A DNA stretch of 64,000 nt, taken from contig RDEW01000031.1 of NCBI GenBank assembly GCA_011109175.1, positions 655,542 to 719,541 of the forward strand. The letters run 5' to 3'. The position numbers and the translations under genes are program-made. This DNA comes from Dicyema japonicum. Taxonomy: Eukaryota; Animalia; Dicyemida. Shown here piece after piece: positions 39,863 through 52,399 of the stretch. Position 1 is the stretch's first letter. The number at the start of each line of letters is the position of its first letter. Under the pieces are notes generated by a model that saw only the letters and a list, made by a program, of their open reading frames with translations, did no database searches and was not told the DNA's origin.

Positions 39863-40495
39863 TTGTATAACAAATCCAGTTTTATTGAGAGACAACGTGA
39901 GATAGTAATTTAAATTTTTTAACTATTCATGGTTTTCTTAAATTAAATAATTATGATTTAATTATATTTTATTTAAATAAAAATTATTAATTATATGTTG
40001 AAAAGCAGAAATTTGTAAGATTTTTTAGTCTTATAAACATTTATTTTGAGTTATCATAAAATGATTAACTTTTTTTTCTTTGCTCAAACTTGTTAACATG
40101 TGTAGAAATGATGGAATATGAACGGATGACCATCTTTCCGTTTTAAATTGGAAAGTCTCCAGTCCGTACGTTACCTGGACGAATTCTTTCAACGCAAAGC
40201 TAAACAAGCCTGTTGGGCCACTTTGATATCGAAATGTTGAAAAGAAAAGAGTATGCTGACCTACCTTACTAAATGATGTTTATTCTTTTTGAAGTGAGAC
40301 TTCTGATGCCATTGGACCCTCAAAGTTGGTATTTCTAGGTCGACTTGAGAATCGGATTTCTCGAATCCTGCGATCTCCGTGAGTACTGTCAGCTATTCGG
40401 ACGAGTTTGACTTTCAACTTAAGATAAAATAGACAGTCTTCTTTCAGGACTACTAATTGGATTACCAAATTCAAAAGTCAATAAAAAATAAAATG

Positions 40496-41189
40496 TCACA
40501 AGTCAGCAATATTATTCTCCAATCTTATAAATAAAATCATGTGAACCTCACAATCTGTCGAAAGTTAGCATTCTGCTTCTCATTGGCCACAGAACACAAA
40601 TGCGACAAATACTAAATAGTTAATACAATAAAGACATTCTCGTTTATAAGTAATAGGCCATCGTTAGAAATGGGAACTTCAAGCTTTGAGGTTCCACGAA
40701 TTGCCTGAATAAAGACAATCTCCTACCAAAGTTATCTTTCTAAGTTTCCTCCCGAAAGTAATCCCAGAGTTTTTGAATCCAGAAGTCAATGCCCTTTGAA
40801 TCTTCAATAAATTGTTAATCTACTAGTTTATTAGCTGCTTCCAATGTACGGCAGGCCACGTGTAAAATAGCTGGTTCAAAACGTAAGATAATCCTCCCTT
40901 CGCCGAGATTGTCTCTTAAAATTGATTCAAGAGAATTGGAGTCACACAAGTCATGAGTCACATGCAACCAATGACAGGATCTTTTGTTGTTAATCTCATT
41001 CTTGAAAAATTATGTAAAACGTACTGATATTGAAAGAGAAATTCTTCCAGAACACGAACTGGTAGTATAGTAGTCTTCGAGTTGGTTGATTTTGTTTATT
41101 ATGTTGAGTATTCGTTCATCAAATGACTTTTTAATACTCAAATCAGGAGAATTTAAACAAATATTTTTAAATTTATCAAATTGTTCCAT
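40496..41189 (-). CDS. TYW3: tRNA wybutosine-synthesizing protein 3
   Basis: DLSIKKSFDE..YYTTSSCSGRI, WLHVTH, RFEPAILHVACR, SGFKNSG, AIRGTSKLEVP. Five introns of 22-24 nt. Confidence 0.92.
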
Positions 41190-41279
41190 TAAACACAAGG
41201 AGTTATTTTTAATTTTACTATTTTTTAATTTTTATTAATTAAATAATTAAATTTTCTTTTCCAAGGATACCCTTTGTCT

Positions 41280-41590
41280 CCAGTTTTATTCAACCTATTC
41301 CTTGTGGACCTGTGCCGAGAACATTACTCACGAAAAAGATTTTTGACACCACCATTCAGCCGGCTTTGAAAAGATGGATAGCCAATTTTCTTTCCGGAAG
41401 AAGAGGACGTGTCTGTATAGGCCATGCAAGATCGAGGTCCCGTCTTCTACCAAATGGCGTTCCTCAAGGATCGATTATTCCTAAACGATTTACCTTGCCC
41501 TGGAGGACCAGATTCAATGCTTTTACATATGCTGACGACTTAGTTATCGCTAGCAGGAGCAAATACGTGGATATGGCAAAATCAGAGCTT
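41280..41590 (+). mobile_element. LINE RT fragment (LINE-C-like)
   Basis: WIANFLSGR, PNGVPQGS, FTYADDLVI. Confidence 0.75.
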
Positions 41591-41987
41591 GGTCCTCTGC
41601 CCCTGAAGGACTTTTCTCTTGTTATAGTCTTTTTCGTTTAGTTTTTTGTATGGATTTTTTTCAACTCCTTTGCTAACTCCTTTACTAGTTATGTTTGTAT
41701 CGTCCGACCTTTACTGGCCGAAGTACTGACTTGCTGCTTCGTTTATTATATTATAGATGTATTTTTGGTAATTTTTGATGTGTCTGGATGAGAGATCAGT
41801 TTTTCCGTTGCGTATCCATTTCTTGTATTCTCAATATTATTGTTTGTAATGTTATTATGTTTCTTATGTTTGATGTTTCGCCAAGCTGAAGGTGACAATA
41901 ACCATTCTGTGATCGCTCACAGTTGTTGAACCTTCGTATGAGCTTGCGTTTATAAGAAAGCGTTTGTCATTGATCCGGCATATAATA

Positions 41988-44900
41988 TGTCACATTGGCA
42001 ACATGAAGCCTATGGGCAACCTGTTTTTTTACGTGTTTCCATGTAGGTACTCAAATGAAACGGAGAGTACGAGAATAGGCCTCACATTTTTCGCTTAGAT
42101 AAGTTTAATTCTGATTTAATTCAGACTTTTCTTGAAAGGAAACACAGAAAAATTTGTTATTCCTCTGGACTGTGAGTCCGAGATGGAAACCCATGCCAGA
42201 TCCCTTCATCTGATCTCACACAGAAGGATCAATAAAATCGAATTTCTTTGCCATTAGTCGGCATTTTAAGTATGTCAGAATTCCCTTTTCCACTCATATG
42301 GACCTTGTCACGGGACTGAATTTAAAATTACTAACATTCAAACTTTATGTGAAAAATTCAGAATACATCCATGGAAGACCGAACAATCCTAGATCCCAAG
42401 TTTGTACACAAAATAATTTTTAGGGAATAGTGGAACGTTTCAATCAAACGTTGACAAGATCAATATCTAAACTTATTGATGGAAATAAAAAATGAATTGT
42501 GTCTATTCTAGAATATGCAGTTTACTACAATACGACAATGCACTCTTTTTCAAATGAGACGCCATTCAAACGGTATCGCGGAATTTTTGGAACAAATTCC
42601 TTACAAAAGATAGAATGCGAAAATGGTGCTACATTCAAATTTTATAATTTTAGAATCAGTGAGAAAGTTAACGACGCTTCAACTATTTGCGGTTTTTAAT
42701 TTATAAATTACAATTTTGTAGAATCCTTTAATTTTAAGATAACACCAATTGGGGGCGACGACCAATACTATTGACGGATGAATAGACGAATGGGTGTACA
42801 TTGTAGTAAGTACAATTATGCAATTGGAGATCAAGTTAAATTTTTTAATTAAGGTACGAATCGCGAAAGATTATGAAACTAACTCGACATTGATTCTTGA
42901 AAAGTTTGAATCCAAATATTCTGATACTTGCGAAGTAGTCTCTATCTTACCTAATTCACGTGTAGAGGTATTTTTTGAATGTATTTATAGGTTGAATTTT
43001 CTGATGGAAGAAGAAGATCGGTCTCAATGTAAAGACTTAAAAAATAATTGTTTTTTATAATATTAAATAAATTCTTAAAAAACAATTATTATTTTTTTTG
43101 GCGGAATCTTGCGGAAATCGAAAATTCCGCAAGAAATTTGAGACGGTAATGAGACATCTCCTTGATTGGAAAACGACCGGGGTCGATAAAGTTTATAATT
43201 TCTTTATCAAAAGATGCACTTCATTGCACGAGTCTATGTGTCGTGTATTATAGAAAAGCATCACTAACCCGGAAACGATTCCTGATTGGGCATGCAAAGG
43301 GACAACTTATCTGATCCCAAAGCTGGACAACCCCCAGTCTGCTGCAGATTATCGACCGATAACCTGCATGCCAACCCTGAATAAACTGATGACCAAATTG
43401 GTGGCTAATGAGGTCATGAGCTTTGTAGAAGCAAATGGGATTCTTTCCGAGAATCAGTTGAGTACTGTGCGAAATTGTCAGGGGGCAAAAGAGCAGGCTT
43501 TGATCAACAAATGCCTTTCTGTGTCTCACGGAAACTCACTTTTGTCTATGTGGGTGGATGTGAAGAAGGCTTACGATTCAGTTGATCATTCTTACCTTGT
43601 CGAGTGCCTACACACTCTGTGTATGCCTGTGTGGTTCATCAGCTTTGTAGTAGCTGTGATGAATAGGTGGAGTATTCATCTGAACTATAATAGGCACCTG
43701 ATAGGCGAGGTAAAACTCAAGAGGGGGATCCTTCAGGGGGATAGCATGTCTCCGCTGCTCTTTGTTCTCTGTTTGGAGCCATTGAGTCGCCCCCTCAATG
43801 ACCGGTTTGAGCAAATACCAGTTCATTGTGAGGGGGTTTGCTTCAGTACAAATCACCTTCTTTTTATCGATGACCTGAAGATGTATGCTCGAACAGTCGA
43901 GGAGCTCTACTCCATGGGGGTCTGTGCCAGGGAATTCTTTGAGAGTATAGGACTAGATTTGAATTATTCAAAGTCTGCGACTAACATGCAAGTATGTAGC
44001 GAGTTAATAAGAGTCCTAAGGAACACGAAGGATATAAGTATCTGGGTGTTACCGAATCTCCAAAGTCCTTTATAATGCCTGAGACAAAGCGACAAATTAC
44101 TGAAGGAATCCGTAAAAGAGCAGCGTTATTGTGTAAGACGTCTCTAAATGCAAGGAATTTATTCCTAGAATTAAATGAGTATGCTGTCTCGCTGCTAAAC
44201 TACTACATAGGTGTTGTGGAGTTTGAGCCCAAAGAGTATGATGAGATTGATGTTATGANNNNNNNNNNNNNNNNNNNNNNATCCGTAAAAGAGCAGCGTT
44301 ATTGTGTAAGACGTCTCTAAATGCAAGGAATTTGTTCCTAGCATTAAATGAGTATGCTATCTCCCTGCTAAACTACTACATAGGTGTTGTGGAGTTTGAC
44401 CCCAAAGAGTGTAATGAGATTGATGTTATGATCCGTGGAGTACTCAGAGGAAATCATGGCCGTGTGCTGGCAGCCAATAAGGAGAGACTATATTTACCCT
44501 GTGATAAATTCGGCCGTAAACTGTGTGGAGTAGTCCAACTAAGTGAGCGTATCCTAATGCGAATGCACGACACCCTAATAGCTGGTCAAGTGTGTCTGCT
44601 AGAAAGCACGCCATAATAACGACCGAGAAAACACGAGCAACCCACCTAGGCACTATCAGACCTTTTTTTGTCTGCTAAGTATGGTGTTGATGATGGTGGG
44701 CTAGTAAATGTGAAGACGTTGATCGAATTACAAAATAATAATTTGATTAAAAAGCCTTCATAAGGTCCTCTTCAGAGCATTGGACAACCCACATGTTGAC
44801 CTTAAGTCGTCGACAATATGGCTAAAATACGGTGACAACTCACCTCGATCTGAGGCGTTGTACACGTATATGCAAGACCGCAATATTTTTTGGGGTCGAT

Positions 44901-45889
44901 CAACAAATACATGTCCCCACTGTAAATCAAGGAGCATGTCGGTTGATCATTTAGCCACTCGATGTGGATCCATGCTCTGCCACGACTATGTGTGGACTTC
45001 TACTATGCAATAAGTATGGTATTCGCCACACCAGAAGATTGCGGACTCATAAGGTGCAATCTGTAGTAGAGAACACCAGGGTACAAATTAAGGTAGACAG
45101 TGTTATCCGTACCTCGGTGCTAGTCAAGCACAATAAACCGGACATTGTGGTACACGATAAGGAATCTGGCCAAGTCCTTATCGCGCATCCAAATGGTTAT
45201 GTGGCATGCACAATGAAGAATGCGGTGTTGCACAAGAACAGTTTGTTTGCCGTGCAGAAATGGCCAAGTATGGTCCCAGGGAAGTTTCTTTTCCCACGTC
45301 CGTTTCTTCCCATGAAGGTATCTTCTGAGTTCATTTTTGTTCCAATTTTCGCATTTAGATCGCATCACGTTTCAAGACCGTTTGCAGACTGTGGAGGTAA
45401 AGAAAAAAGAAATTATGACTTTCTTGCAAACGAGATGGGGCAGATGCTTGGTTGCAAGGTCCTCGTTATTCCTATAGTAATGACGTGGGAAGGAATTGCA
45501 ACAAAGTACCACAAGGGTTATCTGAAGCAGTTGGGGGGTAGATAGGAAGCTCCAGGCCTATTTACAGTCCACTGTGTTAAAGCGGACCCTAGAGAGCCTG
45601 ACACTGGAGTATAGGAGGCAGAGCCCTGAGATGCCATATGGGCAGAGTGTTCAATTGGAGAAGGCGCTCTCGGAGTTGTTTCAGCAACCAGAATCGAACC
45701 TGCCTGAAGAGGCTGGCGAACAGGCAGGCGAGGAAGGTTGTTGATTATTAAATATATTAACTTTTTTATTGTTTGTTAAATAAATTGGGTTAAATAAATT
45801 CTTTGTTAAATCTAGCAATTGCTAACTTGTTACCATGGAAACACGTAAAAAAACAGGTTGCTCATAGGCATCAAGCCACCCATGTGACA
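41988..45889 (+). mobile_element. Ginger2/Tdd-like DNA transposon with intron-containing integrase-type transposase
   Basis: 56-bp TIRs (41988-42043 and 45834-45889; 49/56 identical; TGTCAC...GTGACA). TAATA duplicated at 41983-41987 and 45890-45894. Spliced GTEFK..HGRPNNPRSQ|GIVERFNQTL..YYNTTMH..ETPF and GDQ|VRI..VE|VEFSDG. Degenerate. Confidence 0.88.
43100..45790 (+). mobile_element. R4/Dong-like RLE retrotransposon, 5'-truncated, nested in the Ginger element
   Basis: WKTTGVDKVYNFFIK, YRPITCMP, DVKKAYDSVDH, RGILQGDSMSPLLF, FIDDLK, CPHC..HLATRC, KPDIVV RLE, then a 3' UTR. Frameshifts and an N gap at 44259-44280. Confidence 0.9.
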
Positions 45890-46530
45890 TAATATAATCA
45901 ATTTGGTTGTATATAGGGACTAGTTTCCATCTGGGTTTCTTCGTTCACGCATCCAAGTGGTTATGTGGCATGCACGATGAAGAATGCGGCGTTGCACAAG
46001 AACAGTTTGTTTGCCGTGCAGAAATGGCCAAGTATGGTCCCAGGGAAGTTCCTTTTCCCACGTCCGTGTCTTCCCATGAAGGTATCTTCTGAGTTCATTT
46101 TTGTTCCAATTTTCGCATTTAGATCACCAGCAATGAATATAAGTGAGTACGACTCATATTCATTATACGTCTTTGATGATTGCTGAGTAGAATTTATCCA
46201 GTCGGTCGGGTTTTTTTGCCACTCTTCCACAGTGTGGTGCATATACATTTATAATTGTTAGTTTATTTTTATGGGAACATTGGAATGGCAAATCCAAGAC
46301 CATAATTTTCGTCTCTTGTATACAGCCAATAGAAATGTTATATCTCTCTAGGTCATCACAGAGAATATTTCTTTACTGAGGCTTAGACATTCCTCTAGCA
46401 TTGAACGTAAGCTTTCTAGACTTTTTTTAACCGTTGTACAGAGAAGAAACGAGGCACGTGACCGTTTACTCTCACTTCATTCCTTAATAAAAGTATCAAT
46501 TAAATATCGAGAGAATTAAAGTAAACAAAA

Positions 46531-47369
46531 TCAATCAAATTTTCTATTTGCCAATTCCTCCTTGGTTTCAGCCTCCAGTCTGCGAATGTCTTCAATAGTC
46601 AAAGACTTGTATTCATCTTGCCAACACCAGGCCTGTTTGTGTGCCCTCAAAATAGTTTCCCGTACACCTACAATATCCCTAGTCCAAACCATATGACAAA
46701 ATAAAGTTCTCTGCCTTACTTCTCACAAGCATATAGTCAAATTTAACTCGGCAGACTTTATAACCACACATAGCCGTCTTTGCATCCACTAATTTCAGCC
46801 AGTCGGGTTTCAATGGAGTATTTGGATTCGTTGTAGAGATAAATTTCAAAGGGTCCTCGCTCTCCATGTACTCCCGAACATTTGAGTTACAAATGTCCAG
46901 CAATTCAACCTTCCTCGTCTTTTCCTCATCCGTTAGCTCAATAACGTCTTCAGTGTCCCCCAAATCTGAATCCAGAAAGCGTGTTTCGATTTCCAATGAG
47001 AACTTCTCAAGAAACGGACATCGATAAATGGTTTTAGTGTAGGGAAAAGCATTCCAGGCCTCTTCTTCAATATACAAAGATGCTGGGACCATAAATTTGA
47101 GCCATGCTAAAAGTCAAATCCACACATAAAACATGGAACATGGTCGGCGATGTGATAAATCTTGTAAGTATACTGGCCAGTACCACCGGGACCATTTTTG
47201 TATGGTTCATTTTTCCGTATTTCCAAAGAACTGTTCTTACCGGTACTTTCTATTTTGCTTTTTTTCTATTTAATAATTGTAATACTAAGACTTGGATCAT
47301 GTAAAGTTGACCAATTCTGTATTCTGAGCAAAGCATTGGCATTGGAATGCGAAACTCCACAACGGTCAT
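46531..47369 (-). CDS. Phosphatidylinositol transfer protein, RdgB-alpha/PITPNM-type PITP domain only (about 255 aa)
   Basis: Introns of 26, 26 and 22 nt. EFRIPMP, QLYMIQKKS..ES, GPGGTGQYTYKIYH, EEEAWNAFPYTKT, CPFLEKFSLEIET, RAHKQAWCWQDE. Stop right after the domain. Confidence 0.9.
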
Positions 47370-48429
47370 TGTCGAAACCTTAGAATTTAAAAATATTTTA
47401 TATATTACTTTAAAATTTATATATAAAGTGTATATGACAGGTTTTCATTATGGCATGCAGACATTGAGCTGCAATGAGATTTACCTCTTATAATCGATAG
47501 CCAAATGTTCTGGAAAAGCCACCGCGTCATTCTAGGTTCACGCTTCCCCTTCCCCTCAAGTCGTCCAATTAACTTGATAAAATCTGATTTGCTCGGGCCA
47601 ATAACGTCAGACTTTCAATGGAGATCAGCTGGAAAACAAATCGTTCCACGATTCTGTGGTACATCATCCTTTTCATATATTCAGCAGTGATTGATGCGGA
47701 ACCCGCGGGGAACAATGACTTAATCAAATTTATATTGGAGAAAAAGTCCGTTCACGTTATTGCGAATTTTATAAGAGATATGCAGCTTAGACCTGTAATA
47801 TTTTTAATGCTATAAGTGCAGATTAGTATAACAATTTGAATACCCTTGTTTGTTTTTATTGTAACTATATTTCAATATTATATAACCCTTGGAATCAAAC
47901 TACTATGCCTATACAGAGATTTTGCAGATTTCATGTAAGGTAAGCTCCATAGAACTGTCATATTTTTCATGCTATAAGTGCAGATTACTTTTCCAAGCAA
48001 GACATCTCCCATGTCTCCATAACATAGTTGTTACGCCAAAACATAGTTTCCATCACCTCTGTCTAGACCGAGGGGCTCCTGAAAGAAAATAACCTTCTAT
48101 ACCTCTCATGACAGTAGGACATGGTGTGACGAGGAACGAGGAAATGGTGGACGTGTGACGCGGGAATCTCCCAGAGCTCCGTCTATATAACAGTGGGTGT
48201 AGTCCTTTCTTTTCAACCATCCCACTACATCGGCATCGGTGTTACAACCAGACGTCAAGGTCAATTCGAAGATCAACTCCAAAAATCCAACACGGATTGT
48301 ACTCTCGTCAAGCAGAGTACAAACTTCCCGTACCGTGAAGGTATTGAGCCAGGACCCCGAGTTCTCACCGGACGCTGCTGTACATTATTATTATTTAAGC
48401 CAAGGAAACACCGTTTCAACCACTAACTA

Positions 48430-49750
48430 ATATTCAGGTGATCCCTGCATCTCTCAATAATCGGTCCATCTTTTCTCGATGCTCCGACAGTGACCCGACA
48501 CATTTCTCTTCTGAAAATTCCTCCAGTTAGCTCTATAATAGACTGTGTTGTAGATGATTGTCAATTTATTGATGCTGGGCTCAAGTGTTTCAGCAGAATA
48601 AAAGGAACTCCGTCTGGGTCACACGAGTTTGTTTTTTTTCTGATTTGATATTGCTTTGGATACATTTTTGAGAAAAAAAATAAGTCAGCGGGGCCATTTT
48701 GGATGACTTTCTTTTTATTTTCGGTTGTGTGTTAATCTTTTTATAGATTTCCATATCTTTTAAGCATAGTGTAAGCACTGTTGGTTATTTCCTCAAACGG
48801 AATGCCGTTGCGGATAACTGTGAGAAGACCCCCACCAAGTTTGCCAATTCTGTCACGGCGAATTACTGTTAATTCCGGAAATACTGGTGTCAAGAATCAC
48901 AACTCGAATAAAGTTTTAGTTTTTAATTTTCAGTAATTTTTTAAAAACTTTAAATAATTATGGCAAATTTCCACTAAAATTAGAATATTTCTTTTCTTTT
49001 TTCTTTAAAAAATGGCAAATCTGCGAATTGGCAAATTTAAGAGAGTTTATTGTATCTCCATTCTAACTACTTCAAAATATGGAAAATTTGGTTTACGTGG
49101 ATAGTTAAAAACGGTTGATATTTTTAGAATCATAATAGTGTCTTCAGTAAAATATAATTTATTGTTTTCTCTCTATCGTCTCTCAAAACAAGTGCGAAAG
49201 TCAGGTAAGTGCTGCAGAAACAGCAGTATTTTCTTTATAATTTACAGAGTTTTTTCATAAAAACTAGTACGAAAAAACATTGGAAGACATTAAATATAAA
49301 AAAATTGAGATTTATTTATTTAACCCCAAGACCGCCAAGAAAAATAGGTCAAAACTAACTAATTAAGTGATCCCAGCTTCCAACAACATCCGAACTCTCT
49401 TCATTTGGTTTTTTGATGATCCAACCGCACTCCGGAAGCGTCTTCTTTTCCTTCTGCATAGGAATTCAATCCACGTGCATTTTTTTATTACTGACCGAAA
49501 TTCCTCTGCATGGACCACCTTTTCCTTGAGTGGGTTTCCCAGCTCCTTGCAGAAACGTAGGAAACCCTGTAATTTTTCAACGTCGCTTCATCAGAAACGA
49601 GGTCGCCGATAAGGATGTCCATGTGGTGCATAACTCTCCGCCTGAGGGAGTTCAAACGGTCCACTCTCGAAGGGGGAATCGCAAACCTCCAGGCGGAGCA
49701 GGCATTTTCAATGGTAAGTATGATGACTTGTTGATATAGTACAAATTAAC
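48430..49750 (-). mobile_element. LINE-C family fragments (APE piece and two 3' ends)
   Basis: VIRRDRIGKLGGGLLTVI at about 48800-48880. Ends LLRDAGIT* (about 48435) and MLLEAGIT* (about 49360). Confidence 0.6.
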
Positions 49751-50288
49751 CAAAGTCGTTAACCAAAATTACAAATTAAAAAACAATATAAAATTAATTT
49801 AAGTTGTTATAATTTAAGTGGGTTATAATCTAGATCGCTGGTAACCCCTCTCCTTCTTTTAGTAGAAGAGTGTGCCATCAACTCCCTGTTATTCCTCATC
49901 CCCACATTAGTGTCAGTCGAAATATATTTTTCATATTCCATTGGGATGTCCTCACTACATGCCAGTTCCATAAGTTGAAAGGCAGCAAAGGTGTATTATT
50001 CATCACAAACAAAATTGTATTAGCCGCATGGCGCAATGTGGTGCTATGCGGTTAGTTTGTTAAAAATTTATTTTCTTTCCCTCAGATGACTTCATTGGAT
50101 ACATCTTACTAGGAGACGCCCAATGCCTGGCCGGCATCAAAAGGATCCAACTATTTTTCCATCATTTGACAAATTCGTTACCTGGACAAGTTCTTGAATC
50201 GCGGAACACGTCAAGTTCAAGAAGTTAGTTAGTTTGGTGTAATTTTTTTACAATTAATTTTATCGAGCAAATATTGACTCAGACTAAG

Positions 50289-50475
50289 CTTTCAATTTAA
50301 TACAAATCTGGAAAGGCAGTCGGCTATATGTTGTCCTTGTCGGCAATTTAATATTTAGAGAAAAGAAATCCTGCGATTGTACCCAAATGCCATTTCCTTG
50401 ATTTAATTACTCAGAATCCCCGAACTCTGCAAACATATAGCCGACTGCCTTTCCAAATTTTTATGAAATTGAAAG
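50289..50475. repeat. 44-bp inverted repeat around a 99-bp spacer (MITE-like)
   Basis: 50289-50332 versus the reverse complement of 50432-50475: 41/44 identical. Confidence 0.85.
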
Positions 50476-52399
50476 ACTATCACTTTTTATTTTAAAACTA
50501 TTTCGATATTATTAATGAACTTTTGAAAGTAAAAATGTATTCAATTGAAAACTTGGAGTTATTTTTGAGTTAAAAGGGCGGGGAGGGGTCTATTTTGAGT
50601 AAATTAAGCTAAAATTGAAAAAATTAAAAATTAAAAGAATATTTTAATAAATATTTTAATTATATTCAACTATATAAATGTCTCGTTGTTACCTTAAATT
50701 TATTGTTTATTGTTTATTCTTGTATTCTGCTGTTACTTACTACTTGTATGTAAAAGACCACATATTTGAGGAAAGGGTTCTTCGACAGGCCGTAAAGTAC
50801 GCCTACGGTAACTTTCACGGTAATTTCTAGACACTCCAAATTTTTATGCTAACGAGAGTATTATACGCTTTATGCATCGTCGATTTGGGGATAGGATTTT
50901 GTCTGAAAGGGAACTCATTTGGGAGGAGTTCTCATCAGGATATGTCATGCACATGCACATTTCCTTGTTTGAGATTATTTCACTTTTTCTCGTTCCACAT
51001 GACCAGATTTTTTACACTGGTTCTCCGTTCTTTTCCTTTATTCTCGTCAACGGTCGGGTTGATCTCTCCTCTGAGCCTAAACAAATCTCCTCGTATTCTC
51101 CCGGGAATGTCTTGAGGAGTTCTGACATTGAGGGAAAAGTGATGATGGTCAAAGAGGGGTCATTTATGATTGGATACTCTAGAAAATTTTCTTTACTTTA
51201 TTTTTGGTCTCAGATTTGGAATTTGGATTTGGTTGGCTTTTTGTTTTTTTTTTGTCGGGGACTTGGACTGATCGCTTCTTTTTATTATAAAACATTATTT
51301 CGTTATTATCTAATTTTATTGAGAAAATGATTTAGATTTTTCATATTTCTGTCTTTAATTTTTATATTTATATTATTAAAAACTCTTTTGGCTACTTTAA
51401 AAAATCTCCCTCGCCATCTTTATGTTGGAGGACTTCTCGGTGCTCCTTCTACAATCGGGTGGATATAGTCGAAAAATTGTCAATATGCTCACATTGATGT
51501 GGTACACATATTTTCAGTCCAAGGCAAAGGGAGACATAAGTTCGAATAAGTCCCCAAAACTCCATTTATGATAGTGTTAAATGTCCCATGCCATCACGGT
51601 TTCAGTACTTGATCTCCTTTTTTAAATTTATTAAGTCAATTAAGACAAAAATTAACAGTTACTGGCTGCTCTCATAACCGATAATGCATTTCCCCTGACG
51701 ATTTGGAAGGAAATACGCTCAATTAGTCATTTTCCTCACAATGAGCGATTCTGTTTAACATGGCCAGTGATCTTTATTATTAATATAAAATTAATAGTTA
51801 ATACACTGACCTTATTTACCATTGTAACCGTTATGACATGAGTAACCGTAATGGAATGCAACATTAAACCATGCCCAACTTTAAAGAAATACTCTGAACT
51901 ACAGACATGAACGAAAATGTTCATTTGATGATTTCAGGAAAAAAGGTTAAACATTTATAGAAGATAGGATTCAAGGCCAGTAAATCTTATGGAAAACATA
52001 ATTTGTTTTCAAGCGAAATAGTTGAAAAAAAAATTATAAATGAACCTGGTTAAATAGATCATCAATATAATATAGCATTGCCCGTGAAGAAAAATATGAG
52101 GACTTTTATTCAGTAGAAACAGTGTGATGAAGGCATAGGAACGTTTGTTAAACATAACTGTATCTACACTTTTATTTATAAGAGAATCAAGGAAAAAATA
52201 CGACCTAACAACAAATAAAATTAACAAAAGGCTTGAGAAAAATAATTAATAATTTAATATTTATTTTTATTCAACGCAAGGCCAAATTTTTAAGATATCA
52301 AAGCGGAATCCTCAGATACAAAATTGTTATTTTTTCAATAGCAATAAAAAGAGATCCAATAGGGTCTTCCTTAGATATTCACAGAAGAGTAGAGTAGAA

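Larger units (their letters stand above)
41590..46440 (-). mobile_element. RTE remnant split in its APE domain by the Ginger element
   Basis: 46440-45895 encodes TFNARG, CIQETK, AGDLNAKIG and YNQIDYI. 41982-41590 continues ICRINDKR..SDHRMVIVT. The halves rejoin after removing 41988-45889 and one TSD copy. Confidence 0.85.

Noticed and set aside
43107-43135. Short hairpin ttgcggaa...ttccgcaa
   Set aside because: Only an 8-bp stem, at or within the R4 5' coding edge; no support for a function.
44100-44430. Duplicated R4 segment
   Set aside because: It flanks the 44259-44280 N gap; probably two alleles or paralogues joined by scaffolding.
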